Below, in pieces: positions 20,401-30,484 of a DNA stretch of 64,000 nucleotides (position 1 is the first letter of the stretch; every line of letters begins with the position of its first letter). Both the position numbers and the translations under genes were made by a program. Origin of the DNA: Flavobacterium sp. (GTDB lineage Bacteria; Bacteroidota; Bacteroidia; Flavobacteriales; Flavobacteriaceae); assembly GCF_031363805.1 (NCBI RefSeq), contig NZ_JANLVD010000019.1:2050-66049 (forward strand), in the 5' to 3' direction. The notes below the pieces were generated by a model. That model saw only the letters and a list, made by a program, of their open reading frames with translations, had not been told where the DNA came from and searched no databases.

Positions 20401-20570
20401 TCAAAACCAGTTGAAACTCCCCGTGTTGTGCCCTTAACCACAACGTTTACACCAGGCATTGGGCCACTAGAATCTGACACAGTACCAGTAATTGTTTTCT
20501 CCTGAGCGAAAGAAAACTGCATAATCAACGCTGTTAAAAGCGTATAAATCCATTTGTACTTTGATCTCAT
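17421..20570 (-). CDS. susC: SusC/RagA TonB-dependent transporter (copy 2)
   Basis: VLKSSAAAALYGSRAVNGVIVVTTKSG, GRNDWSSTLP, C-terminal YGFKINLTF. Confidence 0.95.
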   Translation of the reverse strand: MRSKYKWIYTLLTALIMQFSFAQEKTITGTVSDSSGPMPGVNVVVKGTTRGVSTGFDGKYSIKAKEGESLIYSFMGLSDVTKVVGTTSVVNVTMKEDSKILDAVVVTAFGIKRKPRDLGYSVSSVKAEDLTESSEPDLSRALSGKVAGVNVNFSTGVAGASNQITIRGINTFNGNSQPLFIVDGIAYDNSQVTSSSQVTGGGGYQSGLASLDPNDIATVNVLKSSAAAALYGSRAVNGVIVVTTKSGSAGKTSKNKLTVNVGMGTYFENIANLPEYQNTYGAGSNFNYANANGSWGPRFDSLATIPTWPTLLSAFPQFGPTVKYEAKPNNVKDLFRTGLITDQTFGFNYAGQDGGFGLTVSKLNQEGYIPFNSFGRISVAAGGNFKLGEKFSFGANLSYSNTDQIGGFFGENQFNGSSSSFARTLFIARNWDLNLPYEDPRTGASITPNGTQFDHPLWSWEHDRIITDTNRTVLGLNFSYNFNKNVSASYRVGYNRYNLDRDEIRDLRSRAGNGLGSLRREQFTNEDLESTLLLTLNYKLNEDFGLTTILGNNVLQNKTFNNQNTGTEFTIPKIFTLNNTKNLVNNFDLRDQKRNIGLFADVTFSFKDYLFLNATGRNDWSSTLPKDNNSYFYPGVNASFIITDAFKMNSTVLPYAKLRGGYAKVGRDASAEFLSSTYLLGIPYNSNPIIGNQAFLSDTKLTPEFTTELEVGADLEIFNRRTIIDFTYYNKKSTNVITPVAVANSTGYPTYNTNVGELENKGIEVGLTLIPLKTENFKWTLFTAFTQNKNKVIKISEGVDKFNLLANTPAFAIVGESFGTFYGTRFARDANGNFLINQNGGGIIQAPEPGIIGDPNPDFKVSFTNTLAYKGFSLRGQFDWKQGGDIQSSTIESLLGRGVTRDTEDREKTFIIPGFYGNNDGTPVLDANGNQVPNTVQLSANELYFSPAGGNTFAINSVDEATVYDGTVFRIRELSLTYDFPSKLLNKLPFSNVSLSFVGNNLWYFAPNVPKYTNFDPEVTSLGISRAQGIEISSAPTAKRYGFKINLTF

Positions 20571-20939
20571 ATTATTATATTGAATTAGTTATAGCGCAAA
20601 ACTCATAAATAATTTTCAATTTACCAAATAATAAGTAGGTTAATTAGGGTTTTATTTTAGTTAAAAATTTATTTACATGAATTTAACTTCTGTTTATGCT
20701 TAAAAAAGTAGTAATACTCGAATTAAATTTATTGAGTGTTAAGTTTTTATCATTACCAATAACTTTAACATATTTTAATTATTTAACTATCATTAACTTA
20801 TAACAATCATTATTTTTGTAGCTAATTTGATTAATTTAATTAACTAGATTGATTGTGTATTTAATTAATCTGTTTAAATCCGTGGAATTTACGGTAAAAT
20901 ATTTATTTGCTTTGCAGAATGTTGTGTTAAATAATATTA

Positions 20940-22628
20940 TCAAAATCTTGCCTTAAAACTTAAATGCACTATTGAATTTCCTAGTTTTATATTTTGATTT
21001 TTAGTACTTCCATTGGCATAAATCAAATTAAAAAGTCCGTTTTTGGTAATTAATCCGAAACCAAAACCAAGCCCCAATAAATTATTCTTAATATTTGAGG
21101 TTTTGTCTTGATAATATCCTACATCTACAATTGTATGAAAATACAAACTAGGATTTGCGACATACCTATATTCTGTCAATAAAGAAGAAAATACATTTGC
21201 CTGAAGGCTGTTTTCACCGAAACCCCGAATTGAATTAATACCGCCAAAGCGATATAACTCATTAATAATATAAACATCACTATTCAAAAAATAATTTTGA
21301 CTTCTTACATTAAAAATATTTTTTTTATTCAAATATATATTCTGACTCAAATTCACCAACGAGAAAAACTGGTTACTACTTGAGGTTTTTAATTGTCTTT
21401 TCCCAGTTCCAATTTTAAAATAAACAATTGTCTTTTCTGGAAATAAAAAATCGTCCTGATTTAAATTTATATAATCTAAATGCGAGGTAATAAACGAATT
21501 TTTGAAATCGCTCAAATTTGAACTATTAATGTTTTGAATATCGCTAGATTCTGTGCTCTGGTATCCTAGAAAAACTTTAGTATTATAATTGAAATAATAG
21601 CCTAGGTCAATTGAAGTTTGAGTATTTTGAAAAATACTATCTTGCTTAAATATATTCAATTGCGATTTTAAACCCAACGGACTTTTGAACAAATAAGGTA
21701 TTTCAATAGCGCCATTGAAAGTTTTTTGATTTTTACCATCACTTCTCCATAAAATAGAAAATTTTTCGCCACCATTCAAAATGTTTTGCAATTGAAGATC
21801 CAAGTAACCATTGATTTCCAATTTCTTCTTTTCATTATTATTAAATCCTATAAAACCATCGAAAGTATTTGGTTTCGACTTTTCTAAGTAAACATACACT
21901 TTTGTAGAATCTTTAGTAAATAGAATTTCAGGATATTTGGGCTGACTCACAAATCTCAATTTTGCAAAGTCATCATGTATTTTCTTTAAATTTTCTTGGT
22001 TAAACACTTTATTTCGATACAATCGTTTAATATTTTTTTTATGACCTTCTGGAAATTTATCATATCCGTTAATCACAATATCGTCAAGTGTTCTTATTTT
22101 TTCCGCAACAATATTTAGTTCTGCAAATAATATATTTTTTTCTTTTCTATGGTTAATAAGCTTCAGTTGCGCCAATGAATATCCGTTTCTTTCTAATTGT
22201 AGAAGAGTCAAATTCATAAAATTTTCAGTTTCACTTATCAATATTTTCAAAGTATCTTTTTCAATATTTAAAAGTTTAGAATTTTCACCTATATATAGGT
22301 ATATAAATTTCAATTTTTTCCCCAAATCAAAACGAATAGAAAATGTAGAATCATTAATTTTTAAAGGTTCACTCTTCTCATATTCCAAAAAACCGTTTTT
22401 CAATAATTTTTCAGAAAACAAATTAAGTTCGTCAAGAACAGATTTTGTATTCAAATGCTTCTTTGAATATCCCAATGAATCAATAATTTTTTTATCAATT
22501 GCGTCATCGCTTTTAATTTGCAAATACGAGTTCTGTGCCAAATTAATTTGACAGCATAAAAATATAAATAAACAGAAAATAAATTTCAAAGTAGATTTTT
22601 TTAGATTCATAACGAACAAAAGCCCCAT
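20940..22628 (-). CDS. Omp85 (BamA/TamA-like) outer-membrane protein with POTRA-like domains
   Basis: Signal peptide, NILNGGEKFSILW, loop-6 motif YRFGGINSIRGFGE, C-terminal F. Start could be 22610. Confidence 0.72.
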   Translation of the reverse strand: MGLLFVMNLKKSTLKFIFCLFIFLCCQINLAQNSYLQIKSDDAIDKKIIDSLGYSKKHLNTKSVLDELNLFSEKLLKNGFLEYEKSEPLKINDSTFSIRFDLGKKLKFIYLYIGENSKLLNIEKDTLKILISETENFMNLTLLQLERNGYSLAQLKLINHRKEKNILFAELNIVAEKIRTLDDIVINGYDKFPEGHKKNIKRLYRNKVFNQENLKKIHDDFAKLRFVSQPKYPEILFTKDSTKVYVYLEKSKPNTFDGFIGFNNNEKKKLEINGYLDLQLQNILNGGEKFSILWRSDGKNQKTFNGAIEIPYLFKSPLGLKSQLNIFKQDSIFQNTQTSIDLGYYFNYNTKVFLGYQSTESSDIQNINSSNLSDFKNSFITSHLDYINLNQDDFLFPEKTIVYFKIGTGKRQLKTSSSNQFFSLVNLSQNIYLNKKNIFNVRSQNYFLNSDVYIINELYRFGGINSIRGFGENSLQANVFSSLLTEYRYVANPSLYFHTIVDVGYYQDKTSNIKNNLLGLGFGFGLITKNGLFNLIYANGSTKNQNIKLGNSIVHLSFKARF

Positions 22629-22724
22629 TTCTTATCAGAATTCAAATGTATAATAATATATAGGAGAAATCAACCTTAATCAAATTACGATTTGAAGCAC
22701 AACATTTAATTAAATTTCAACATT

Positions 22725-22830
22725 ATTCCCGCCATTCGTTGCAATCTGTCATTGCGAGGAACGAAGCAATCTTGCGATTTTATGGCACCCATTCCTCGCA
22801 ATCACAGGATTTCCACTGCTGTCGGGGCTA
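22725..22830 (+). repeat. Modular REP-like element, copy 1
   Basis: CCCGCCATTCGTTGCAATCT...AGGATTTCCACTGCTGTCGGGGCTA enclosing a 15-bp inverted repeat (22747-22761 / 22792-22806). Confidence 0.7.
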
Positions 22831-22982
22831 AAATTCAACTTTTCAAATTCTTAAAGCTTTTAAATTTAATAAAATGTTAGCTGTTTATTGTATTGTATTA
22901 AATGCAAAATATTTTTTCAAAGCCATTGTATATTCAATTGAACAACAAATATTTAATTCAGACAAAAATTAATAGATTAACA

Positions 22983-23013
22983 TTTGTTTCCTTAAAAATA
23001 TTTTATACATTTG
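22983..23013 (+). promoter_or_regulatory. str operon promoter
   Basis: TTTG (22983-22986), 19 nt, TACATTTG (23006-23013). Confidence 0.8.
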
Positions 23014-23066
23014 CAACCCCGTAAAAAGCGGGATATTTATAAACAAGTAATTTTTAGTATTTAATT

Positions 23067-23450
23067 ATGCCAACAATTCAACAATTAGTAAGAATAGGAA
23101 GAACCAAAATGACTAAGAAGTCTAAATCGGTGGCGCTAGATTCTTGTCCTCAAAGAAGAGGTGTTTGTACGCGTGTTTACACTACGACTCCAAAAAAACC
23201 AAACTCAGCCATGCGTAAAGTAGCGCGTGTACGTTTGACAAATGGAAACGAAGTAAATGCCTACATACCTGGAGAAGGACACAATCTACAAGAGCACTCG
23301 ATAGTATTAGTTAGAGGTGGGAGGGTAAAAGATTTGCCAGGAGTTAGGTATCACATTGTTCGTGGTGCGCTTGATACATCAGGTGTAGCAGGAAGAACAC
23401 AAAGAAGATCTAAGTACGGAGCAAAACGCCCAAAGGAAGCAAAAAAGTAA
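23067..23450 (+). CDS. rpsL: 30S ribosomal protein uS12
   Basis: [22 protein letters not shown]. Confidence 0.99.
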   Translation: MPTIQQLVRIGRTKMTKKSKSVALDSCPQRRGVCTRVYTTTPKKPNSAMRKVARVRLTNGNEVNAYIPGEGHNLQEHSIVLVRGGRVKDLPGVRYHIVRGALDTSGVAGRTQRRSKYGAKRPKEAKK

Positions 23451-23454
23451 TTAA

Positions 23455-23535
23455 TTAGTGAAAAGTTAAAAAGTGAAAAGTGAAAAGCCGTTATTTTTAT
23501 AAGGCTTTAAACTTTGAAACTTTAAAACTTTTTTA
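23455..23535. repeat. 7-8-nt periodic inverted array in the rpsL-rpsG spacer
   Basis: About 4 copies of AAAAGTG/AAAAGTT facing about 3 copies of AAACTTT. Confidence 0.6.
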
Positions 23536-23547
23536 AAACAAAAAGAC

Positions 23548-24024
23548 ATGAGAAAAAGAGCGGCAAAGAAAAGACCACTTTTACCAGATCCAAGGTTCAA
23601 TGACCAATTGGTAACACGTTTTGTAAACAACTTAATGTGGGATGGTAAAAAATCAACAGCTTTCAAAGTATTTTATGATGCTATTGACATCATCGAATCA
23701 AAAAAGCAAGATGCAGAAAAATTATCATTAGATATCTGGAAAGATGCCTTAACCAATGTTATGCCTCACGTAGAAGTACGTAGTCGTAGAGTAGGTGGAG
23801 CTACATTCCAAATTCCAATGCAAATACGTCCAGACAGAAAAATTTCCATGGCAATGAAGTGGTTAATACTTTATTCAAGAAAAAGAAATGAAAAGTCTAT
23901 GGCGCAACGTTTGGCTTCAGAATGCTTAGCTGCGGCTAAAGAAGAAGGAGCGGCTGTTAAGAAAAGAATGGATACTCACAAAATGGCAGAGGCTAACAAA
24001 GCATTCTCTCACTTTAGATTTTAA
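23548..24024 (+). CDS. rpsG: 30S ribosomal protein uS7
   Basis: EVRSRRVGGATFQIP, HKMAEANKAFSHFRF. Confidence 0.99.
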   Translation: MRKRAAKKRPLLPDPRFNDQLVTRFVNNLMWDGKKSTAFKVFYDAIDIIESKKQDAEKLSLDIWKDALTNVMPHVEVRSRRVGGATFQIPMQIRPDRKISMAMKWLILYSRKRNEKSMAQRLASECLAAAKEEGAAVKKRMDTHKMAEANKAFSHFRF

Positions 24025-24034
24025 TTCTTAAGAA

Positions 24035-26191
24035 ATGGCAAGAGAACTTAAATATACACGAAACATAGGAATTGCTGCTCATATAGATGCTGGTAAAACA
24101 ACAACAACAGAGCGTATATTATTCTACACAGGAAAATCACACAAAATTGGTGAAGTGCACGATGGTGCTGCAACAATGGACTGGATGGCACAAGAGCAAG
24201 AAAGAGGTATTACTATTACTTCTGCTGCTACCACTTGTGAATGGAATTTTCCAACAACTCAAGGTAAACCTTTACCTGAAACATTGCCTTACCATTTTAA
24301 TATTATCGATACCCCAGGACACGTTGACTTTACAGTTGAAGTGAATCGTTCTTTGCGTGTACTTGATGGACTGGTTTTCTTATTTTCTGCTGTTGATGGT
24401 GTTGAGCCACAATCAGAAACTAACTGGAGACTTGCTGATCAATATCGTGTACCACGTATCGGTTTTGTTAATAAAATGGACAGACAAGGTTCTAACTTTT
24501 TGATGGTATGTCAACAAGTAAGAGATATGCTAAAATCGAATGCAGTTGCAATCACTTTGCCAATTGGTGAAGAAAATGATTTCAAAGGTGTGGTAGATTT
24601 AGTAAAAAACCAAGCGATAGTATGGGATGAAGAAGGTATGGGAGCAACTTACGAGATTGTGCCTATTCCTGCTGATATGCTTGACGAAGTTAAAGAATAC
24701 AGAGGAATTCTTATCGAAGCAGTAGCTTCTTACGATGAGAATTTGCTTGAAAAATTCATGGAAGATGAAAACTCTATTACGGAGGAAGAAATCAATACAG
24801 CTTTAAGAGCTGCCGTGATGGATATGGCGATTATTCCAATGATTGCTGGTTCTTCTTTCAAAAATAAAGGAGTTCAATTCATGTTGGATGCAGTATGTAA
24901 ATACTTGCCATCTCCAATGGATAAAGAAGGAATTTGGGGAATTGACCCAGATGACCAAGATTTATTAGAAGAAGATCAGACCAAAATATTACGTAAACCA
25001 GATGTAAAAGAGCCTTTCGCTGCTTTAGCATTTAAGATTGCTACTGACCCATTCGTAGGTCGTTTGGCTTTCTTCCGTGCTTATTCAGGAAGATTGGATG
25101 CTGGATCATATGTTTTAAATACACGTTCTGGTAACAAAGAAAGAATTTCTCGTATCTACCAAATGCACGCCAATAAGCAAAACCCAATCGAGTACATCGA
25201 GGCGGGAGATATTGGAGCGGCAGTTGGATTTAAAGATATTAAAACTGGAGATACATTGTGTGATGAAAAACACCCAATAATTCTTGAGTCAATGAAATTT
25301 CCTGCACCAGTAATTGGTATTGCTATCGAACCAAAAACAAAAGCAGACGTAGATAAAATGGGTATGGCTTTGGCTAAATTAGCTGAAGAAGATCCAACAT
25401 TTACAGTAAGAACGGATGAAGCTTCAGGTCAAACTATTATATCAGGTATGGGTGAACTTCACTTAGATATCTTGGTGGATAGAATGAGACGTGAATTCAA
25501 AGTTGAAGTGAATCAAGGTGAACCTCAAGTTGAATACAAAGAAGCATTTACAAGATCTGCAACACACAGGGAAACTTACAAGAAACAATCCGGAGGTCGT
25601 GGTAAATTCGGTGATATCGTATTTACGCTTGAGCCAGCTGATTTGGTTGATGGTAAAGCTCCTGTCGGATTACAGTTTGTAAATGCTGTAAAAGGTGGTA
25701 ACGTTCCTAAAGAATATATTCCATCTGTAGAAAAAGGTTTCCGTGAAGCTATGAAAACGGGTCCTCTTGCAGGATATCAAGTAGATAGTTTGTAAGTAAC
25801 TTTAACAGACGGATCTTTTCACCCAGTCGATTCTGATGCACTTTCTTTTGAACTTGCAGCTAGAATGGGTTATAGAGAAGTAGCTAAAGCTGCTGGAGCA
25901 ATCGTTTTGGAACCAATCATGAAAATGGAAGTGATTACACCTGAAGAAAACATGGGAGATATCGTTGGTGATATCAACCGTCGTAGAGGTCAAGTGAATG
26001 ACATGGGTGACAGAAACGGAGCTAAAACTATCAAGGCTGATGTGCCTTTATCAGAAATGTTCGGATATGTAACTACATTAAGAACATTGTCATCTGGTAG
26101 AGCAACTTCAACTATGGAGTTTTCACACTATGCAGAAACGCCTTCTAACATATCAGAAGCAGTAATTAAAAAAGCAAAAGGTAACGCATAA
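24035..26191 (+). CDS. fusA: Elongation factor G, interrupted by an in-frame TAA at 25793-25795
   Basis: [21 protein letters not shown]. After TAA the same frame continues [26 protein letters not shown] to the stop at 26191 (718 codons). Confidence 0.97.
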
Positions 26192-26202
26192 TTCTTAAGA
26201 AA

Positions 26203-26508
26203 ATGAGTCAAAAAATCAGAATAAAATTGAAATCTTACGATTATATGTTAGTAGACAAGTCTGCTGAAAAGATTGTAAAAACTGTAAAAAGTACAGGTGC
26301 TGTTGTAACTGGTCCAATTCCGTTACCAACACACAAAAAACTTTTCACTGTATTGCGTTCTCCGCACGTTAACAAAAAAGCGAGAGAACAATTTGAAGTG
26401 ATGTCATATAAGAGATTAATTGATATTTATTCTTCCTCTTCAAAAACCATTGATGCTCTAATGAAATTAGAGTTGCCTAGTGGAGTAGAAGTTGAGATAA
26501 AAGTATAA
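26203..26508 (+). CDS. rpsJ: 30S ribosomal protein uS10
   Basis: [20 protein letters not shown]. Confidence 0.99.
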   Translation: MSQKIRIKLKSYDYMLVDKSAEKIVKTVKSTGAVVTGPIPLPTHKKLFTVLRSPHVNKKAREQFEVMSYKRLIDIYSSSSKTIDALMKLELPSGVEVEIKV

Positions 26509-26531
26509 TTATCTAATATAAAAAGTATTTG

Positions 26532-26572
26532 GGGATTAAGTTTTGAATATCAAAACTTAATCCCTACTTTTG
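26532..26572 (+). promoter_or_regulatory. Internal rplC promoter overlapped by a 15-bp inverted repeat
   Basis: TTTG 26542-26545, 19 nt, TACTTTTG 26565-26572. Inverted repeat at 26532-26546 / 26550-26564. Confidence 0.65.
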
Positions 26573-26613
26573 CACACTCAAAAAAATAAGTAGTAATTTA
26601 TAATTAATTAAAT

Positions 26614-27231
26614 ATGTCTGGGTTAATCGGAAGAAAAATTGGCATGACTAGCATCTTTGACGAAAACGGGAAGAATATTCCTTGTACCGTTATAGAAGCA
26701 GGACCATGCGTAGTTACCCAAGTCAGAACCATTGGTGTTGACGGGTATGAAGCCTTGCAACTTGGTTTCGATGACAAAAACGAGAAACATTCCACTAAAG
26801 CTGATTTAGGTCACTTTAAAAAAGCTGGAACTGTAGCTAAGAAAAAAGTCGTTGAATTTCAAGATTTTGCAACAGAACAAAAATTAGGAGATCTTATCGA
26901 TGTGTCTATTTTTGTTGAAGGAGAATTTGTAGATGTACAAGGTGTGTCGAAAGGTAAAGGTTTTCAAGGAGTTGTTAAACGTCACGGTTTTGGTGGTGTT
27001 GGACAAGCAACTCACGGTCAACACAACCGTTTAAGAGCGCCAGGTTCTGTAGGAGCTTCTTCTTATCCATCTAGAGTATTCAAAGGAATGCGTATGGCTG
27101 GAAGAATGGGAGGAGACAATGTAAAAGTTCAAAACCTTAGAGTTTTAAAAGTAGTAGCTGAAAAGAACCTACTTGTTATAAAAGGATGTATTCCTGGATG
27201 TAACAACTCTTATGTAATCATTCAGAAGTAA
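26614..27231 (+). CDS. rplC: 50S ribosomal protein uL3
   Basis: [23 protein letters not shown]. Confidence 0.99.
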   Translation: MSGLIGRKIGMTSIFDENGKNIPCTVIEAGPCVVTQVRTIGVDGYEALQLGFDDKNEKHSTKADLGHFKKAGTVAKKKVVEFQDFATEQKLGDLIDVSIFVEGEFVDVQGVSKGKGFQGVVKRHGFGGVGQATHGQHNRLRAPGSVGASSYPSRVFKGMRMAGRMGGDNVKVQNLRVLKVVAEKNLLVIKGCIPGCNNSYVIIQK

Positions 27232-27860
27232 TGGAAGTAAAAGTATTAAATTTCAACGGAAAAGATACTGGAAGAAAAGTTCAACTTTCTGATTCAGTAT
27301 TCGCAATTGAACCAAACAATCACGCAGTATATCTTGATGTAAAGCAATATCTTGCTAATCAAAGACAAGGAACGCACAAAGCAAAAGAAAGAGCTGAAGT
27401 TGCGGGAAGTACTCGAAAAATAAAAAAACAAAAAGGAACTGGTACTGCTCGTGCGGGTAGTGCAAAGAATCCATTGTTTAAAGGTGGTGGAACTGTTTTC
27501 GGACCTAGACCAAGAAGTTATTCATTCAAATTGAATAAAACTGTAAAACGTCTGGCAAGAAAATCAGCTTTCTCAATTAAAGCAAAAGAATCAAATATTA
27601 TTGTTCTTGAAGATTTTAATTTTGAAACACCAAATACTAAAAATTTCATCAATGTTTTGAAGGCTTTAGGGTTAGAAAATAAAAAATCTTTATTTGTGTT
27701 GGGTGATTCAAATAAAAATGTATATTTGTCGTCACGCAATTTAAAAGCTTCTAACGTAGTAAGTAGCTCAGAATTAAGCACTTACACCATTTTAAACGCT
27801 AATACTTTAGTGCTTTTAGAAGGTTCAATAGAAGTAATTGAAGAAAATTTAAGCAATTAA
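27231..27860 (+). CDS. rplD: 50S ribosomal protein uL4
   Basis: QKGTGTARAGS..NPLFKGGG. Confidence 0.99.
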   Translation: MEVKVLNFNGKDTGRKVQLSDSVFAIEPNNHAVYLDVKQYLANQRQGTHKAKERAEVAGSTRKIKKQKGTGTARAGSAKNPLFKGGGTVFGPRPRSYSFKLNKTVKRLARKSAFSIKAKESNIIVLEDFNFETPNTKNFINVLKALGLENKKSLFVLGDSNKNVYLSSRNLKASNVVSSSELSTYTILNANTLVLLEGSIEVIEENLSN

Positions 27861-27866
27861 TAGGCC

Positions 27867-28157
27867 ATGAATATCATTATTAAACCTATAGTAACAGAAA
27901 AAGTAACCAAACAAAGTGAACTTTTGAATCGTTTTGGTTTTGTTGTAGAGAAGAAAGCTAACAAAGTACAAATTAAGAAAGCTATAGAAGCTGCTTATGG
28001 AGTAAATATTGTAAGTGTAAATACAATGAACGTTAGACCAGACAGATCTACAAAATACACTAAAAGTGGGTTAATCACTGGAAAGACAAATGCTTACAAA
28101 AAAGCAATTGTACAAGTACAAGAAGGAGAAACAATAGATTTTTACAACAATATCTAA
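27867..28157 (+). CDS. rplW: 50S ribosomal protein uL23
   Basis: IIKPIVTEK, YKKAIV. Confidence 0.98.
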   Translation: MNIIIKPIVTEKVTKQSELLNRFGFVVEKKANKVQIKKAIEAAYGVNIVSVNTMNVRPDRSTKYTKSGLITGKTNAYKKAIVQVQEGETIDFYNNI

Positions 28158-28166
28158 TATTTAAAG

Positions 28167-28991
28167 ATGTCAGTAAGAAAATTAAAACCTATTACCCCGG
28201 GTCAGCGATTTAGAGTTGTGAATGGTTTTGACGCCATTACAACTGATAAGCCGGAGCGTTCATTGATCGCACCGATAAAAAACTCAGGCGGTAGAAATAG
28301 TCAAGGAAAAATGACCATGCGTTACACAGGCGGTGGTCACAAACAAAGGTATCGTATTATCGATTTTAAAAGAACTAAAGACGGAATTCCAGCTTCAGTT
28401 AAATCTATCGAATACGATCCAAACAGAACTGCATTCATCGCTTTATTAGCTTATGCTGATGGTGAGAAAACGTATATTATTGCTCAAAACGGATTGCAAG
28501 TAGGTCAAAAAGTAGTTTCAGGAGAAGGTGCTGCACCAGAAATTGGAAATACTTTACCACTTAGCAAAATTCCTTTAGGAACTGTAATATCTTGTATTGA
28601 GTTACGTCCAGGTCAAGGAGCAACTATTGCTCGTTCAGCTGGAACATTTGCTCAGTTAATGGCAAGAGACGGGAAATACGCAACAATCAAAATGCCTTCA
28701 GGTGAAACAAGATTGATCTTGCTTACTTGTTCAGCAACTATTGGAGCCGTATCAAATTCTGATCATCAATTAATTGTATCTGGTAAAGCAGGTAGAACAA
28801 GATGGTTAGGTAGAAGACCAAGAACAAGACCAGTTGCCATGAACCCTGTCGATCACCCAATGGGTGGTGGTGAAGGACGTTCTTCAGGTGGTCACCCACG
28901 TTCAAGAAATGGTATCCCAGCTAAAGGTTATAGAACTCGTTCTAAGAAAAACCCAAGTAACAAGTATATTGTAGAACGTAGAAAGAAATAA
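28167..28991 (+). CDS. rplB: 50S ribosomal protein uL2
   Basis: [22 protein letters not shown]. Confidence 0.99.
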   Translation: MSVRKLKPITPGQRFRVVNGFDAITTDKPERSLIAPIKNSGGRNSQGKMTMRYTGGGHKQRYRIIDFKRTKDGIPASVKSIEYDPNRTAFIALLAYADGEKTYIIAQNGLQVGQKVVSGEGAAPEIGNTLPLSKIPLGTVISCIELRPGQGATIARSAGTFAQLMARDGKYATIKMPSGETRLILLTCSATIGAVSNSDHQLIVSGKAGRTRWLGRRPRTRPVAMNPVDHPMGGGEGRSSGGHPRSRNGIPAKGYRTRSKKNPSNKYIVERRKK

Positions 28992-28997
28992 TAAGAT

Positions 28998-29276
28998 ATG
29001 GCACGTTCATTAAAAAAAGGACCTTTCGTACACTATAAATTAGACAAGAAAGTTCAAGAAAATATTGCAGGTGGAAACAAAGGTGTTGTAAAGACTTGGT
29101 CTCGCGCATCTATGATTACTCCAGATTTTGTAGGTCAAACTATTGCAGTTCACAACGGTCGTCAATTCGTACCTGTTTATGTTACTGAAAATATGGTAGG
29201 TCACAAATTGGGAGAATTTTCACCAACAAGATCATTTAGAGGTCACGCTGGAGCAAAAAATAAAGGTAAAAAATAA
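28998..29276 (+). CDS. rpsS: 30S ribosomal protein uS19
   Basis: [17 protein letters not shown]. Confidence 0.99.
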   Translation: MARSLKKGPFVHYKLDKKVQENIAGGNKGVVKTWSRASMITPDFVGQTIAVHNGRQFVPVYVTENMVGHKLGEFSPTRSFRGHAGAKNKGKK

Positions 29277-29282
29277 GAAGCA

Positions 29283-29696
29283 ATGGGAGTTCGTAAAAGA
29301 GAAACAGCAGACGCAAGAAAAGAGGCCAATAAGTCTCTAGCCTTCGCAAAGTTAAATAACTGCCCTACTTCACCTAGAAAAATGCGCTTAGTTGCGGACT
29401 TGGTAAGAGGTCAGAAAGTGGAAAGAGCACTTAATATATTAAGATTTAGCTCCAAAGAAGCTTCAAGAAAATTAGAAAAATTGGTTTTATCTGTTATTGC
29501 CAACTGGCAAGCAAAAAATCCAGATGCTAATATGGAAGAAGCAGGCTTATTTGTAAAAACTATCACTGTAGATGGTGGAATGATGTTGAAAAGACTTCGT
29601 CCAGCGCCACAAGGTAGAGCACACAGAATTAGAAAACGTTCAAACCACGTAACAATCGTGTTAGGGGCTATTAACGATAACACACAAGCAAATTAA
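29283..29696 (+). CDS. rplV: 50S ribosomal protein uL22
   Basis: [22 protein letters not shown]. Confidence 0.99.
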   Translation: MGVRKRETADARKEANKSLAFAKLNNCPTSPRKMRLVADLVRGQKVERALNILRFSSKEASRKLEKLVLSVIANWQAKNPDANMEEAGLFVKTITVDGGMMLKRLRPAPQGRAHRIRKRSNHVTIVLGAINDNTQAN

Positions 29697-29701
29697 TAAA
29701 G

Positions 29702-30463
29702 ATGGGACAAAAGACAAATCCAATTGGAAATAGACTTGGTATCATCAGAGGATGGGACTCTAACTGGTATGGTGGAAATGACTACGGTGATAAAATCGCT
29801 GAAGACTACAAAATCAGAAAGTATATCCATGCTCGTTTATCAAAAGCTAGTGTATCAAAAGTAATTATCGAGAGAACTTTAAAACTTGTAACCGTTACTA
29901 TCACTACTGCTAGACCTGGTATTATTATCGGAAAAGGTGGACAAGAGGTAGACAAGTTGAAAGAAGAACTTAAGAAAGTTACTGACAAAGAGGTTCAAAT
30001 CAACATCTTTGAAATTAAAAGACCTGAATTGGATGCTTATCTAGTTGCGACTAGCATCTGTCGTCAAATTGAAAGCCGTATTTCATACAGAAGAGCTATC
30101 AAAATGGCAATCGCTGCATCTATGAGAATGAATGCAGAAGGAATTAAAGTATTAATTTCTGGTCGTTTGAATGGAGCTGAAATGGCACGTTCAGAAGGTT
30201 TCAAAGAAGGAAGAATTCCTCTATCAACTTTCAGAGCCGATATCGACTATGCTTTGGCTGAAGCACATACTACTTATGGTAGAATGGGTATCAAAGTATG
30301 GATCATGAAAGGTGAAGTTTATGGAAAGAGAGATCTTTCTCCACTTGTAGGTATGGATAAAAAACAATCCGGTACTGGTGGTGGTAAAGGTGGCGATGCT
30401 CCAAGAGGAGACAGAAAGCCTTTTAATAAAGGTGGAAAACCAGACGCTCGTAAAAGAAAGTAA
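29702..30463 (+). CDS. rpsC: 30S ribosomal protein uS3
   Basis: [23 protein letters not shown]; Gly/Lys-rich tail. Confidence 0.99.
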   Translation: MGQKTNPIGNRLGIIRGWDSNWYGGNDYGDKIAEDYKIRKYIHARLSKASVSKVIIERTLKLVTVTITTARPGIIIGKGGQEVDKLKEELKKVTDKEVQINIFEIKRPELDAYLVATSICRQIESRISYRRAIKMAIAASMRMNAEGIKVLISGRLNGAEMARSEGFKEGRIPLSTFRADIDYALAEAHTTYGRMGIKVWIMKGEVYGKRDLSPLVGMDKKQSGTGGGKGGDAPRGDRKPFNKGGKPDARKRK

Positions 30464-30484
30464 TTTTATTTAAATTAAAGAAAA

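Noticed and set aside
25793-25795. Genetic-code reassignment or programmed frameshift explaining the fusA stop
   Set aside because: TAA terminates many neighbouring genes and the downstream sequence is in the same frame, so neither is needed or supported.
25865-26191. Separate 108-aa gene
   Set aside because: It is the in-frame C-terminal part of EF-G.
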